DNA from: Lama glama | Taxonomy: Eukaryota | Assembly (NCBI GenBank): GCA_028534125.1 | Contig: CM052841.1 | Location: 26,598,001 to 26,662,000 of the forward strand | Direction of reading: 5' to 3' | DNA length: 64,000 nucleotides | Position numbers and translations under genes: made by a program | Shown here: positions 12,151 to 25,715 of the stretch, piece after piece | Position numbering within the stretch: position 1 is the stretch's first letter | How the letters are laid out: each line of letters opens with the position of its first letter | The notes under the pieces: generated by a model | Seen by the model: the letters and a program-made list of their open reading frames with translations, nothing else | Database searches by the model: none | Told to the model about the DNA's origin: nothing

Positions 12151-14734
12151 CTTGCTACCCCTAGAACTTTCTTTTTGTTTTGTTTTGCTGTTGTTTTGCC
12201 AGGAAACATGTCAGCCAATGAAAGTGCTTCTCAGGGCTTATCTTAAGGAAAACAAGCCATTCTAAACACCCAGAGACCACCTTCCTTTCCGACTTATCCT
12301 GAGTAAGGCTTAAATAAACTATACCCTTTCACTTAAAATCGACAGAGTTCTGCCTTTTGAGAGTGAAGTGAAACCCAAGGCCTGTCAACTTCAGAGAGCG
12401 ATGTTTACACAAAGATGCGAGCAGCAGACAGCACAGAGGGTCTGCTAGAGAAACAGGAAAAATACCGTGGACAGTTTCTCTAGCCAAGTCACCCAGGAAT
12501 AAGGAGGTGGCATGTGGGTGGGTGTATCCATGAAACAGCTTACCAGCACTATCAAAAAGGGGACAGCTTAGGACTTAGCTTTTGCTGGTGACGTTACCCA
12601 TAAAGAACATTCCTGATTAGAAAGTGGCTTAGGTTACTTTTTAGCCTTTTCAATTGTTTCTGAAGGTAACATGAGCCTGAAGATGGAATTTCACTTTGAG
12701 TTTATACTAGCTTCTGTTGCTCTGGACAAACCTAATTTACACAAGACAAAGCTGTCTGTTGTTACTGTTACCCTCATCCCGTTTGCTTTTCTCATTACTC
12801 ATAGCAACTTCCAGCTCCGTCCCTGCACTTTGGGCTCTTTATTGAGCCCCTTAGAACTCCAGCTTCTGTAACACCAGCTTTGTAGATTGAGGTGAGGAAG
12901 TGAGGACTTTTCACAAAGGATGGGCCTGCAAAAGATTCACCCCTTTAAAAAACACAATGTAAATCAGAGGTCTGTTGCTGGAAAAGACATCAGGAAAGAA
13001 TGTTAAGGGCTGTATTTTTTCCATTTAAAATTAACACAGCTTTAGAGAGCCCCACGGAATAAATGCATCTTCTTATAATGTTGCATACACACACTCATGC
13101 ACACATGAAGCAGATGAGGGCTACACCATCGGATGGTGAAGCTGGAGCATCAGTACAGAGGAAATCTAAGTGTCCAAATGGAGTGGAAGTGCCCACCCAG
13201 CCCAGTCCAACCCAGGACACTTACTGGAAAGATACTACTTTAGTTTGTTTTTGATAAGAAGAGAAAATTAGAAGTCTCTGAGCCACTCATTTATTATTAA
13301 TAATAGTAAAGAACATTTCCAAGTGGCATACATTTCAGTAATAAATGGGATTCCCCACATCGGTGCCCACACTTGTCTGGAAGTGTTTATGCGTTCAATA
13401 GATGTCTCAAACACACAATCATTTCCTTGTCATTCAAAGCCACATTCAGATTTCTTACATTTGCTTCCAAGACCTGTGAGATACACCTTTTGACTGGTCT
13501 GTCTAGTAAACAGATAATAGATGGGCAAAACAAAGTCAAGTTGTAGGCTTGTGAAGCCACAGAAAAAGAAAAAAGTGTTCTCACATTCCCTAAACAAATC
13601 TCCAGGGAAACTGTGTCTAATACTATGAGGTTGGAGCAATTTGCTTTGCTCTAGTAGAGGTATTTAAAAATATAGAAATGTTACCCATGGCTTTTAATAG
13701 AGCTACTACATGTTGATCACTTAAATGCTGTTCTCTGGCCATATGTGAAACACAGAGGCAAAGAAACAGCTTCCAATCTCTCTTCCTAAAATTAGATTGT
13801 GGGTTGTAAATAAAAGCTAAGCAAGCTGTTTGTGGCCCTCTGGCCCTGCACAGTTATTTTCCACTTTAACAGAAAAAGCTGATCAGCCATTTTACAAAAA
13901 GGATTTCTGATTTAAATCTGACAAATCAACACAAGACTAGCCAATCAATCAATACAGGCAATGGTTCTCTTGCTGTGGGTAAGTCCCAGGATGAGGAAAG
14001 TCTCCTGTATTTGAGCCCAGGAGAGAACACAGCTGCTCACTCCACCCACCTGCACCCTGCACACCCTTGACAGACAACACTGTCACATCCCAAGCCTCCC
14101 TTCCTGGAAGTTCATCATTTCCCAGGACAAGCCTCCTGGAAGGTTTCCTTCTCTCTGCCTTCCTAAGCAACTGATTGCTTAGCTAAGCCTTCCTTCCTAA
14201 GAGCTAGCCAAAGGCAACTCTGAACACTTTGAGTCACAGAAACTGAAGGATATTTCCCAAGCAAAATAGCTTTGTGCAAAATCATTATTCTAAAATAGGT
14301 AGTTGAGCAAAATCCAGGTATGTGTGGTCCAAGACCCTTCCTTTCTCCCACCTCTCCATTCTCTCCACTCTTACTTCCCGTGCATTCCTGGGGAAACTAT
14401 CTACAAGTTTCTTATTCACTGACAGCTGACTTATGCAAATACCTTTCCATTAGGACTACTGCATAGCCAGGAAAAAAAAAAACATATGAAGACATTTACT
14501 TGCAACCAAAAATTTGGACTTGCCTAAGCTATATAGAAAAGCCATTGAATTTCCCAAGGTATTGGAATTCCACCTGAAAAATCAACCCCCGGACATAACC
14601 ACTTACATGTGTAGTTTATTTAAGAATAAAATGTTTATCTCTATAGTCTAACTGGATTCTAATCTATTACCTTAGGCAGTGACTACTCTCCACCTCCCCA
14701 TTTTACACATGAGATTCCCCAAGGCTCAAAGACA

Positions 14735-14955
14735 CAAGCAGCCAGACTACAGTCCATAGGCCAAAGTCAGTCCCCTGCACCTGTTTTGTAAATAAAGTTT
14801 TACTGGAACACAGCATTATCCATTCATTTATACATTGTCAGTGGGTGTTTTTGCTATGATATCAGAGTTGAATATTTTGGACAGAGACCATATAGTCCAC
14901 AAAGCCAAAATTATTTATTATCTGACCCTTGATAGAAAAAGTCTGCCAACTTCTA
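14735..14955 (-). mobile_element. MER58A inserted in a MIR (MIR about 14640-15090)
   Basis: tgttttgtaaataaagttttactggaacacagc...tatttattatctgacccttgatagaaaaagtctgccaac. Confidence 0.85.
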
Positions 14956-15162
14956 CTCAGAGAAAATCTGACTTTCACAAAGTTACTCTTCAGCAATCTT
15001 CCTTAAGGCCTTGAGCCCGACGAATTTCCTAAGGGAAGTCAAATAACATCTCTAGTCTAGGACATCTGACTCCACTCTGTCACACTGCCTTCAAAAAGGC
15101 TGTTCAGTCTCTAGAGGGCTCTCTGGCTGGACCAGTGGGACCACAGTCAAACCACCTTTACA

Positions 15163-15194
15163 GAGCAACACATGGAGGGAGCAACACATGGAGG
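15163..15194. repeat. Perfect 16-bp tandem duplication gagcaacacatggagg x2
   Basis: Directly visible. Confidence 0.95.
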
Positions 15195-16328
15195 AAGCAC
15201 CCAGGGCTGTATAGGATGAAGTAGACTATAAAGGGAGAAGGGCTACTCTGCCCAACTGCAAAACCCTCACTTGCAAATCATAGCAAAGATGACACATCCA
15301 GGACTCTTCAAAATGGTACCCATAATCTTGGAATGAAGGCCTCAGGGACATTTGCTTGCAGTTCAACTCTTGAAGGAGAGACCCTGCCAAGCCATTATAT
15401 ACCATTCTTAGAACTCTGTAATCTTTTGTGTTTTTACTGTTGTTGCTTCTATTACTGTGGTTTTGTTTTGTAGATTTTTGGTGCTCTTTAAGTCTACTTA
15501 GTCAGTTGAGTCCCACATTCATAGAAAGATTTGATGCTTGTTTGTTTACTATCAAGATGACTTTGAAATATGGGAAAAGCCCACTGGAATTGAAAACTAC
15601 CACTATAGAAGTCCTAAAGTGCCTATTATGCATCAAGTAGTTCTAGACTTTGGAGATTATTTAAAGATTAAGGATAGTTTAAGAGACCCTCCCTTGGGGA
15701 GGGTTGTTTTGTTTTTGTTTAAGGAGATGGGGAAGAAGCAAGAAGTGGGGATGGGGAATACTAGACCAACCAGTCTAGAATACGTCATGTGTCCTCATAA
15801 GTAGCAAAACCCATATATTTGTCATAGCCAGGTATCCCCCAGTAACTTAAACGCATGCCCGGTGCTGCAAAATGCACCACTCCAGATCTTGGAAACATGA
15901 CTAGTGAAATACATACCCAAGGATGTACTGCTCTTGAAAGATTTCTGCACCAGACACAAACTTGTACTCATTCAGCTTATGGTGAAAGAATTCTCATGCT
16001 GCAACCGGTTTGGAAGATTCCAGGAATGTGTGTTTTAAAATTTTTGTTTGAAGATTTTGAGTAGTTTGCTGCATTTCATGTGTTTTCTGTTTGACTTTGA
16101 TGTAGCTATTTTTTTTAATTGGTTTTTGAAGACATGCCCTTTGGTAAGTACTATGACTTGAGAAAGGGAAGAAAAACAGTCTTTCCAATCTCTGATGGCT
16201 TCAAATTACAACCTAGGAAAGCTGCTTCCTCCAATAACTCAAGAACTGGTTCATCCCCAGGATTTAAAGGTGGAACCTTAACACAAGGAGCTACCTGGTG
16301 AGAAGAGAGCCAAAAAGAATGTTAGGCA

Positions 16329-16596
16329 GGGAGGAGAGGTGGGCAAAATACTGAAGTATGAAGACCCTGAAATCATCTCCTCCCATAGGCATACCAAAAT
16401 TACAACTATTTACAGAGCAACTATTGATGAGAAAGACCAAAGTCTAGCAGAAAAGATCTTCTACAACTAAAGATATAAAGGAAGAACCATGAGATGGGTA
16501 GAAGCAGATTTGTGGTATAGCCAAGACCCATATTCCCAGGTGAGTGACTCACAAATGGGAGGATAATTACAGCTGCAGGAATTCTCCCCAAGGAGA
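16329..16596 (+). mobile_element. Isolated L1 5' UTR-like fragment (laurasiatherian type)
   Basis: gaagaccctgaaatcatctcctccca...accaaaattacaactatttacagagcaactat...aagatcttctacaactaaagatataaag. Confidence 0.6.
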
Positions 16597-16989
16597 AATG
16601 TGTCTAATATTAGTATCTTCTTTCTTCAATCACTGAGTCACTTTATCTAAAAAGCCAATGAACTAGCTGTTAGAAATCACTGCCTACACAGAGAAAGATG
16701 CACTCGTTATTAAAGGAACATTTGCCTCTTGTTCAGTTATTGAAATTGGAAATTGTACCTTTAATGTTAACAGTAACACACATCAGTAGATTATAACTGG
16801 TTCAATGAAGATAAGTGTTCCTAGTCTACTATCAATTTACTTGAAGAATAATAATTAGTTTTGCAAATCAAAGAAGCTAGAACCAAAAGGAAAATTAAAT
16901 ACCCCACAATGTATTAATTTTTTTCATAAGGTTAAAATTACAAGATAGGCATTTGATTTATTTTTTTTTAAACACTGAGTTGCGAAGTT

Positions 16990-18540
16990 TTCCCTTTTCC
17001 TACTCACTTTAAGAGATTGTGTAAAACTGGTATTGTTTCTCTCTCAAATAACTGGTAAAACTCAGAGAAGCCATCTGACCCTGGAGTTTTCTTTGAGTGA
17101 AGATTTTTAATTACTGATACTTCTTTTTTTAATCCTTGTAGCAGTCTTCATATCTTCTTTTTTTTAAGTTGCACTTTTCTAGGAGCTTTTCCATTTCATC
17201 TAAATTTGGCACTTTTGTATTTCTAGTAATTTGTCCATTTCATCTAAATTTTCTAATGTATTGTTCATAATATTTTTATGTCATTTAATGTCTGTAGGAT
17301 ACATAGTGGAGTCTCATTTTCACCTCTCTTTTTGTTGCTCAGTTTTGACAGTGTGTTTATTACCAGTTATTTGAGCCAGCTTTGGGTTTCAATCATCTTC
17401 TCTATTACACATGAGGAAATGTTTTCATTAATATCTGCTCTAATGTGTATTATTCTTCCTTTTTTTCTTTGGGTTTAATTTGCTATTCTTCTTCCTAACT
17501 TCTTAAGCTTAGTCATTTAATAGATGCTTAGATCATTTACTGTTACCTTTTTCTTTTATAATATATGTATTTAAGGCCATAAACCTCCCTTTATGCAGAG
17601 CTTTAGCTGCATCCCACAATATGTCATATGAAAATGTCCATCTTTTTGTCTCTCCATGTTTTGTCTAGAATATTTTCCTGACCTATCTTCCAGTCCACTG
17701 AAGTTTTTCCTCAGCTTGTTTTAAGCTGTTGTTAACTTCAATTCATTGCATTCTTAATTTCAATTGTTATTATTTTTTATCCTTAGAATTTCTATTTGGT
17801 TCTTTTCTAGTTTTCTGCTGAAATTTTTAACCTTATTCTTAATTCCTTAAGCATATGGTTATTCACAGGTCTGCATCTGATAATTCAATTGTCTGATGCC
17901 CTAAGAGGCTGTTTCTATTGTCTTACTGTCTTCTTTGATTTATAGTCAAGTCTTGTCTACTTTTATGCCTGGTTATTTTTGCTGGAATTTTAATATTATT
18001 TAAAAACTTGAATCTTTAAATACGTTAACTTCCTAGAGAGAATTTAATTTTCTACTGGCAGGCAAGGAGATCGGGCCATTAATAATCCTAGATTACCATA
18101 ATCCCCATAATCCAATCAGCAATTGAGATTATTCAAAAGCTAAACTTCAGTTTCTGCAAGGGCTGGTCTATTTCTTGTGTACCCTTACTCATATAATAAT
18201 GCTGAACTCTCTAATTTTGACCCAAATATTGCAGTTTACTTGGCCCCCTTCCCTTTGAAGGGCACTAAAATCCAACAAACCCATATGCTTGTTGAAAATT
18301 CTGTTCAACGCTTTATCAGCAACTGAGATGAGCAAACACCTTCAGGATAAAATCAGTCCCAAATGCTGCACTCTTCTCCATGCCTTCTTTCCAAGATCCT
18401 GGCCCTGGAATATCTCACTACCTTTCTTATAGATTTACAAGGACTGTAAAAAGAATTTTTTAAAGATTTGTACAGCTCTTCTAGTTGTCCTAACTGGGAA
18501 AGCAGGGCTAAAGCAGATTGTGCATCATTACCAGAAATAG
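16990..18540 (-). mobile_element. Old L1 (L1M5/L1ME-like), antisense ORF2 and upstream fragments
   Basis: gaagccatctgaccctggagttttc (antisense of the PGSDGF motif); gctttagctgcatcccacaa (antisense of the WDAAKA motif). Confidence 0.75.
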
Positions 18541-20596
18541 AAGTCTCTTCACCAAAATTTTTAAAGCTCAAATCTCTCGATATTCTCTTACACACCATTT
18601 ACCTTTCTAAAGATTTATGGTGTCCATTTCTTCACCTCATATTCACAATTCAGTTCACTCTAATCTTTTCCCTCAGTGATTCACCAAAAAATATAAGGTC
18701 GAAGTCATCAACGACTGCCATTTTGCCAAGTCAACATAATACTTTTCAGTCTTCTTCTCCTTTGATTTCTCAGCAACATTTGTCACTGTTGGTATCTCCC
18801 TCCTTTCCCTTTTTATACCTTTTGAATTTTGAATCAAATGTCTATGTTGCCTATTCAAAGATAAATAAATACATTTTATAAGGAAATAACCCAATTCCAT
18901 GGTTAGAAGGCAGTTCTTTCAGCTCAAGATTCTGAAAAATGTGAAAAGCAAATACCCCTGGAAAAGTATAGCAGATATATATGCATTCTTGTTTACACTA
19001 CTTCAAATTATTTGCTCAAGAGAGAGAAAAAGGGAAACAATTTTTAAAGCTCACTTCTGTCTACGACTTCTTTCACTGGAGAGTTGTCCTAGGAGTACAA
19101 GGAGGATGTGAATCAGCTGTTGCTTCCTCTTAGTTCCTACGTGTTTCACTCTGTGTTAGCTTATCCCCCCAAAGAGCAACACTTATGTTTGAAAATACAT
19201 TTATGCCCTGCAAAATGTCCCTAAAATATAAGCAAACTAATTCACTTTGTCAAGTCATAGAACTGTTCTAACATAGGTCAGGAAAAAACATATCTGGTTT
19301 GGACTTTTGAAAGATAGACTATCTGTTATCATTCTTTAAGGTGCCAATAGTGATTTAAGGAATTTTTGCTCACTTTACGACCATACCCCACAATACATAC
19401 AATACCATTCCACTATAATAGTCAGTGTCAATTATTTATACATTCAAATATACAAATATATAACTGAATGCTGTTTGTTAGGAATTCTTTTGGTACTAGA
19501 GACCCAGGAAGCACACAGATTTAGTAAGAAGCTTGAGTATAAAATTAAAGCTATAATGTGACCAATACTATAATGATAGTCTGCAGAAAGCTTTAGGAGG
19601 CAGATATACCCCTACTGCTGACAGCATTTTGTTTTCCATTATACACAAGCAGTCAACTGCCTTCAAAGATCGAGAAATTAGTCACAGTTGCCTTCTAAAT
19701 TTGGGGAAACCCAGTCCTGCATTCCAGCATCGTAAGAACCACTGAAACGGGAGACTCATAGTACCTGGGCTCTGGAGCTCTCAAACCACATGTCAAGGAG
19801 CTACATGAAATACTCTCCTTGAGGTCTCCTGCCATGTGAGTCTACTGTAACCAATTTCCTGTTAGAGCCCTCCAAGCAAGAAACAGGCCCAGCTGGAGGT
19901 CTAACCTGCCATAGACGTCTCATAAAATACATATTTAAGTGCCCTCTTTTCCTATGTCTGGTAAGCCCCGGATGGCTGTCAGGAAGATGCTTTCTACTGC
20001 TCTTCTACCTATTATCAAAAAGGGAACACTGGATGCTCCTGGGAACAGAGACACAAGGCAGCAGGTTTTTAGGCAGGTACTTACAAGGGTAATTGCTGCC
20101 CTCATGCCTTTATTGAAAGAGCCCCTGAGGCTGGGCAGATTTAAACAGACCCAAGTTAACTGGCTCAGATATTCTGTCAGTATAGATCCTAGTATTTGTA
20201 CCCTGCAAGGAGGTACAGAGTAAAAAGTAGTAGCTAAATCTGAGAGAAGGGGGCATTAAAAGCTATGAGAGAAGAGCTTTTCTTGGCTGGAGGTTAAGGG
20301 TAAACGAGTGCACAAGGCAGATGGAAGTCGGGGAGAGAAGAGAGTTGAGGCAAGGAGAGTCATGGACAGTAAGACAGGGTAGAGTAGTATAAATGAAGAA
20401 TCCAAGCTGTTTTTAATGTTTTATATTTATATTTATATTTCACTTATATTATTATAGATCATTTTTATTCAAAGCTGAGAGAGGTAGGTGGTGGGCAGGT
20501 GAGGAGATGCTTTAGAGAAAAAGGGAATGGACAGGGATAGCTGTGTTCACTTCACCCACCTTTCCTATTTCCCAAACATCTTTCAGTTCTCCACCC

Positions 20597-20710
20597 AGTA
20601 AGGTCAGCAACATTCCCAGTCTGCCCAGGACTGAGGGATTTCCTGGACATGGGACTTTAAGTGCTACAATGAGAACAGTCCTAGGAAAACCAGGACAGTT
20701 GGTCACCCAA
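20597..20710 (-). mobile_element. MER94 (hAT-Blackjack)
   Basis: cccaggactgagggatttcctggacatgggactttaagtgcta...aaaccaggacagttggtcaccc. Confidence 0.85.
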
Positions 20711-22122
20711 CCATCCAGCCAAAGCCCAAGAAAGCATGACTTCCAGATTCTATTAAAACCTCAAAACAATAAAGGAGACGGTCAAACAAGTGCTAGCAAA
20801 AGTTCAGTGCATTTCCCCATCACAACTGCCATCAATTTTTTCACGCACCTCTGCCACCTTTCTAGCAGCAGCTTTAAGAAAAAAAGGAAGTAAACTGGGA
20901 CAAAGATTCAAAGATAGTAATATGTCGACCAGAACACAAGTGGAGGGAGGCATCAGGGATCTTCTAGGCGAAGTCTTTTCTGCATTATTATTTTTATTAA
21001 CAGCAGGTCCCATCACTGATTTCAAGCACTTCTGTGTTCTTCCTGATCCCTCTTGAGGAAGTACAAGTAATTATTTCATTTGCCTATTAAACCATGTCAT
21101 GACCCAACAGATCAGTAGGGTACCATTCATGCTTTCAGCACCCATCACGCGCCTCCTCCACCACTACAGTCTGCTACTTCAGTTGTCCATTCTAACACAT
21201 GGCCTGCCTCTTTTATTGACTGGGGTCTCTCCCCCGTCCAATATCTTTCAAGGGAGTAAGAATGTGCCAGTATAGTGCCGCCAATGCTCTAGAAAAACAA
21301 ATTATGTAATACAACTCTTACTCTCAAGTTTATGGTCTCAGTGGGAAGTCATGACAAAAATCCCTGCGAGGATCTAACAGTTCAAGCAGCATAAACACAA
21401 ACGCATACTTTTGTCTTGCTGTTAGACAATTAGCTTCATGTTGTCCTGTCCAAACTGGCTTGCACTGTGCCACAGATGACACTTGTGATAATGTTTTCAT
21501 TTTAATAAGTGTCACTAAGAAAAATCTAGTTTAACATCCCAGAAATGAGGAAACTCAAGTTCTGCTCTATCAGTAACTCTACCACTCTGCCCACTTACCT
21601 TACAACCATGGATATTTGAAGATGAATTTCAAATGTATTAGGAAAATAAAGGATTCTCACCTGTCACTTCCTATGATCGATTGGGCATGAAAAGCTAATT
21701 GCAATAGACCAAGGCCAAGAGAAAAAACACTTCAGAGGAAAAAATATCTAAATAATGGGAGCAGATCTAGTTTCATCAAGTTCAGCTTAGTAAGCAGAAT
21801 ATAGCCATCTCCGAGTCTTACAGGTAAAGCAGGTTAAATACAGAAGAGAAACTACTGGCCTTGCTCTGCAAAGATCCAGGTAAGTAGACAGGTAAGGAGG
21901 TAGGCTCTGCAAGCAGATCAAGAACCTAGGCACCAAAGTTTGACAAAGTGACAAAACTCCAGGATTTGGGTGAGGTGTGGTAAAAACAGGTCCCCAATCA
22001 TTCATTCAAAAATATTTATGGAGCCAATTCTGTACAATGCTATGTACCAGGACCTGAAGTACTGCAGTGAACAAAACAAGTACTGGTCCCTACCATTATA
22101 AGAAATTTATATGCTAAAATTT

Positions 22123-22332
22123 NNNNNNNNNNNNNNNNNNNNNNNNNNNNNNNNNNNNNNNNNNNNNNNNNNNNNNNNNNNNNNNNNNNNNNNNNNNNNN
22201 NNNNNNNNNNNNNNNNNNNNNNNNNNNNNNNNNNNNNNNNNNNNNNNNNNNNNNNNNNNNNNNNNNNNNNNNNNNNNNNNNNNNNNNNNNNNNNNNNNNN
22301 NNNNNNNNNNNNNNNNNNNNNNNNNNNNNNNN
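22123..22332. other. Assembly gap
   Basis: Run of N. Confidence 1.
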
Positions 22333-22813
22333 CCGGTCCTGGACTTTTATTTGTAGAGAGGTTTTTAATTGCTATTTCTATTTCCCTTCTAGTGATCGGA
22401 TTGATCGGATTGTTTAGTTTCTTCTTGATTCAGTTTTGGTGGACAGTATGTTTCCAGAAACTTGTCCATCTCCTCTAGGTTATCCAGTTTGGTTCCATAT
22501 AGTTTTTCATAATATTCTCATATGATATTCTGTATTTCTGTTTTGTTTGTTGTAATTTCCCCATTTTCCTTTCTTACTTTGCTAATTTGTGCTCTCTTTT
22601 TTCTTCTTTGTGAGTTTGGCCAGAGGTTTGTCAATTTTATTTACTTTTTCAAAAAATCCAGCTTTTGGTTTGGTTGATTTTTTCTACTAGGAATAGACTT
22701 ACCATATGACCCAGGAATCCCACTCCTGGGCTTGTATCCAGAAGGAAATCTACTTCAGGATGACACCTGCACCCCAATGTTCATAGCAGCACTATTTACA
22801 ATAGCCAAAACAT

Positions 22814-22913
22814 NNNNNNNNNNNNNNNNNNNNNNNNNNNNNNNNNNNNNNNNNNNNNNNNNNNNNNNNNNNNNNNNNNNNNNNNNNNNNNNNNNNNNNN
22901 NNNNNNNNNNNNN
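22814..22913. other. Assembly gap (100 N, probably a placeholder)
   Basis: Run of N. Confidence 1.
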
Positions 22914-24814
22914 TAAAAATAAAGCATAAATACAGGACAGAAATAGACTCACAGACAGAGAATACAAACTTGTGGTTACTAGGGGGGTGGAGGGTGGGAG
23001 GGGATAGACTGGGATTTCAAAATTGTAGAATAGATAAACAAGATTACACTGCATAGCACAGGGAAATATACACAAAATGTTATGATAACTCACAGGAAAA
23101 AAAAATCTGACAATGAGTGTGTATATGTCCATGAATGACTGAAAAATTGTGCTGAACACTGGAATTTGACACAACATTGTAAAATGATTAAAATCAATAA
23201 AAAATGTTTTAAAAATTTATACTCATTAGGGGTGACAAAAGTAAGTAAAGAGATAAAATAATTATAAATTGTCATTAGTGTTATGAAAAACATCAGATAA
23301 GGCACTGAGGTAGAAAATATGGTGGGAAAGGATTCTACTTTAGAAATGATGGTCAGGGCATGTTTTTCTAGGGCAATGTCACTTAAGATGCAATTGGAAG
23401 GATGAGAAAGATTTAGCCATGCAAAAGGACAGCTTTCCAGACAAGGGTGCAGGGTGTGCAAAGGCACTGAGGTAGGAAAATACCTGATGTGTGTAAAGAG
23501 ATAAAACAAGATCAGTGTGTGTGGCACAGGCTAAAAATTAGAAAAGTGGCTTGGATTGCTCAGCAGAGACCCGCTCATGAAGGGTCTTACAGAACATAGA
23601 GTCAGTTTTGATTTTATTCCAAGTTCATTGAATGGGTAGTCAATGAAGAATCTTATGCAATAAAAGGGATACAATCTAGTCTACAATATGAGAAAACCAC
23701 TTTGGCCCTTAAAGAGAGAACTGATTAAAGAAGGATAGAAAAAAAGTGGGAAAATAAATTCAGAGAAAGATGATGGGAGATTAAGCTCAGTAAAATGGTG
23801 GAGATGGAGATAAAGAGATTAATTCAAAATATATTTTGGAGTTCGAATCCAGAACTTGTTGCTAGATGGAATTGGAGAATTAAGGACAACTTCTGGATTT
23901 CAGGCCAGAAAAGCTGGAAAATTGTTACTATCATTTTCCATGTTGGAGAACACTAGAAGGATGAGAGAAATTTCAAGGGAAAAATAGATATGTTACCTTT
24001 GAGATATGTGTATGGCCTCCAAATAGAGATGCGAAATGGACAGATTTGTGAATCTAGAGCTAAGAGGAGAGGTCTGGCTAGTGATATAAATGTGACTGTT
24101 AGTCTAAAGTTGTATGGGCAAGATTACCATGGTGAGAAAATTAAGGGGAGGGAGGGAATGTAGCTAAGGATCAATCGGTAAGGAATCCCATAAAGTAAAG
24201 CAAAGTTCTCAACCTAGCTTCACATCAGAATCACATAGGAATGCCTGTGAAATGGCCCTATAGCCTTCAGTGCCCTCTTTTGATAACACCCAGTCATTGC
24301 TGTCTAACTTTCAATCCCTATAAATCCATTAAGGTCTCAATAAATTGTCCTTAAAAATGAGGCTGGAGAAATGGCTATTAAATTTGGAAATATGAATTTT
24401 TATGGTAATTTTTGGAAGACAAATTTCAGTCCTTGGCTTTAAAGGATCTGGGGTTTGGGGAAGGTGACTGAGATCATCTTAATTAACAAATTTTGGCTAC
24501 AAGCTGGATATAGTGCCAAGACTTCTATATAGCCCTGATAGTTCCTTAAACTCCCCAATCCAAACTGGGCTTGGGATCTGGATCTGGCAGCTAGGGAGTA
24601 GCCTCAAATATGAAGAGAAGGAAGACTAGAAGGACCAGAAATTACAAGAGTCAACGAAAGAAAAGAAGACATATGCAAATTGGTATTAATGGTCAACTTC
24701 CCGTAAGAATGGACCTGAGGCACAGATGAAACAAAATCATGTAATCCAAAATGAGATTTATGGATTCATTCAACAAGTATTTCAAGCCCTGAATAGGTGG
24801 TAGTAGACGAGGGT

Positions 24815-24989
24815 GGGGTTGTCCCATTTAGCAAACAAATATTCAGGATGTTTAGTTAAGTTTGAATTTCAGATAAACAAGAAATATTTTTTCAGTATTT
24901 GGAACATGCTTACACTAAAGTTCTTTTTCATTGTTTACCTGAAACTCAAATTTAACTGGGCATCCTGTATTTCACTAAGCAATCCTGGA
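24815..24989. mobile_element. MER53 palindromic hAT-type MITE
   Basis: caggatgtttagttaagtttgaatttcagataaacaa...ttgtttacctgaaactcaaatttaactgggcatcctg, long inverted arms. Confidence 0.88.
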
Positions 24990-25216
24990 CTAGAGAAATG
25001 GAAAGACAGATACTCTCCCTTTCCTCATGGACCTTAGTAAATTAACTATCAGTTTCAGATAAATTTGAATTATTCTAGAAGTCCATGGCATGTAGGACTC
25101 TCATAGTCAAGATCCAAGTGAGTAGATCCTGAGACACTGGTGAGCAAGTGTGAGTCACCCAGCCAGTAGGGACACTCACCCAGCCTCGTCCCAAAGTGGC
25201 TTTGCCACTCCTTCTT

Positions 25217-25715
25217 TGTATTAACTATATATTCTCATTTTCTGTATTCTTGATGCTCCGGCATCTGGGGCCTCGATGACTAGGGAGGGACTACCCTTCC
25301 CAAGGTGAGTTAGTATCTAGCAATAGCAGTTTACTAGGGTGCACACCTTTCATATGCAAATCAATTAATCCAAAGCACAAACCCCCCAATCACCTCCTTT
25401 AGGGCTCTCTCAGCCAAGCCACTATCCACCTGCCCTCATCACCCTGGGGCCAGGTATCAGGTAACTAGAGAAAGCTCCTCTGCTCAACAGCGCATTGAAG
25501 TTATTCAAACTAGCCAACCCTGAACCTGCTTACACTGTCTTTTTTTCTCATGGAAAACTGCTGCTCACAGATTTCCCTTGTTCCTTGTGCCTCCTAACCA
25601 AACCTGGTGCTCCCTAGTGTAGCCCTGTGAGGAGCAGTGTGCCCTCTCCTCTTAGGAACTGTGAGTATCTTCTCAATCAGTTCCCGATCTGTCAGTCTCA
25701 CAATACCTGAAAACA
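25217..25715 (+). mobile_element. MER74A-like ERVL solo LTR
   Basis: tgtattaac...ttttctgtattcttgatgctccggcatctggggcct...ttattcaaactagccaaccct. Confidence 0.85.

Larger units (their letters stand above)
22112..23212 (+). mobile_element. Young 5'-inverted (twin-primed) L1
   Basis: 22112-22686 is antisense ORF2 (EKINQTKSW..KIDKPLAKL..SPGP..KILA); 22687-23212 is sense ORF2 end (IDLPYDPGIPLLGLYP..TPMFIAALFTIAK) plus 3' UTR; TSD aaatttata at 22103-22111 and 23213-23221. Confidence 0.88.
21995..24195 (-). mobile_element. Long L2 element (antisense) split by the L1 insertion at 22112-23212
   Basis: tcattcattcaaaaatatttatggag (L2 tail) continues after the L1: atggtcagggcatgtttttct...gcaaaggcactgaggtagga. 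Confidence 0.8.

Noticed and set aside
6571-15194. Short direct repeats (6571-6620 and 15163-15194) as CRISPR-like arrays
   Set aside because: Only 2-3 spacerless tandem copies in a mammalian genome; these are slippage duplications
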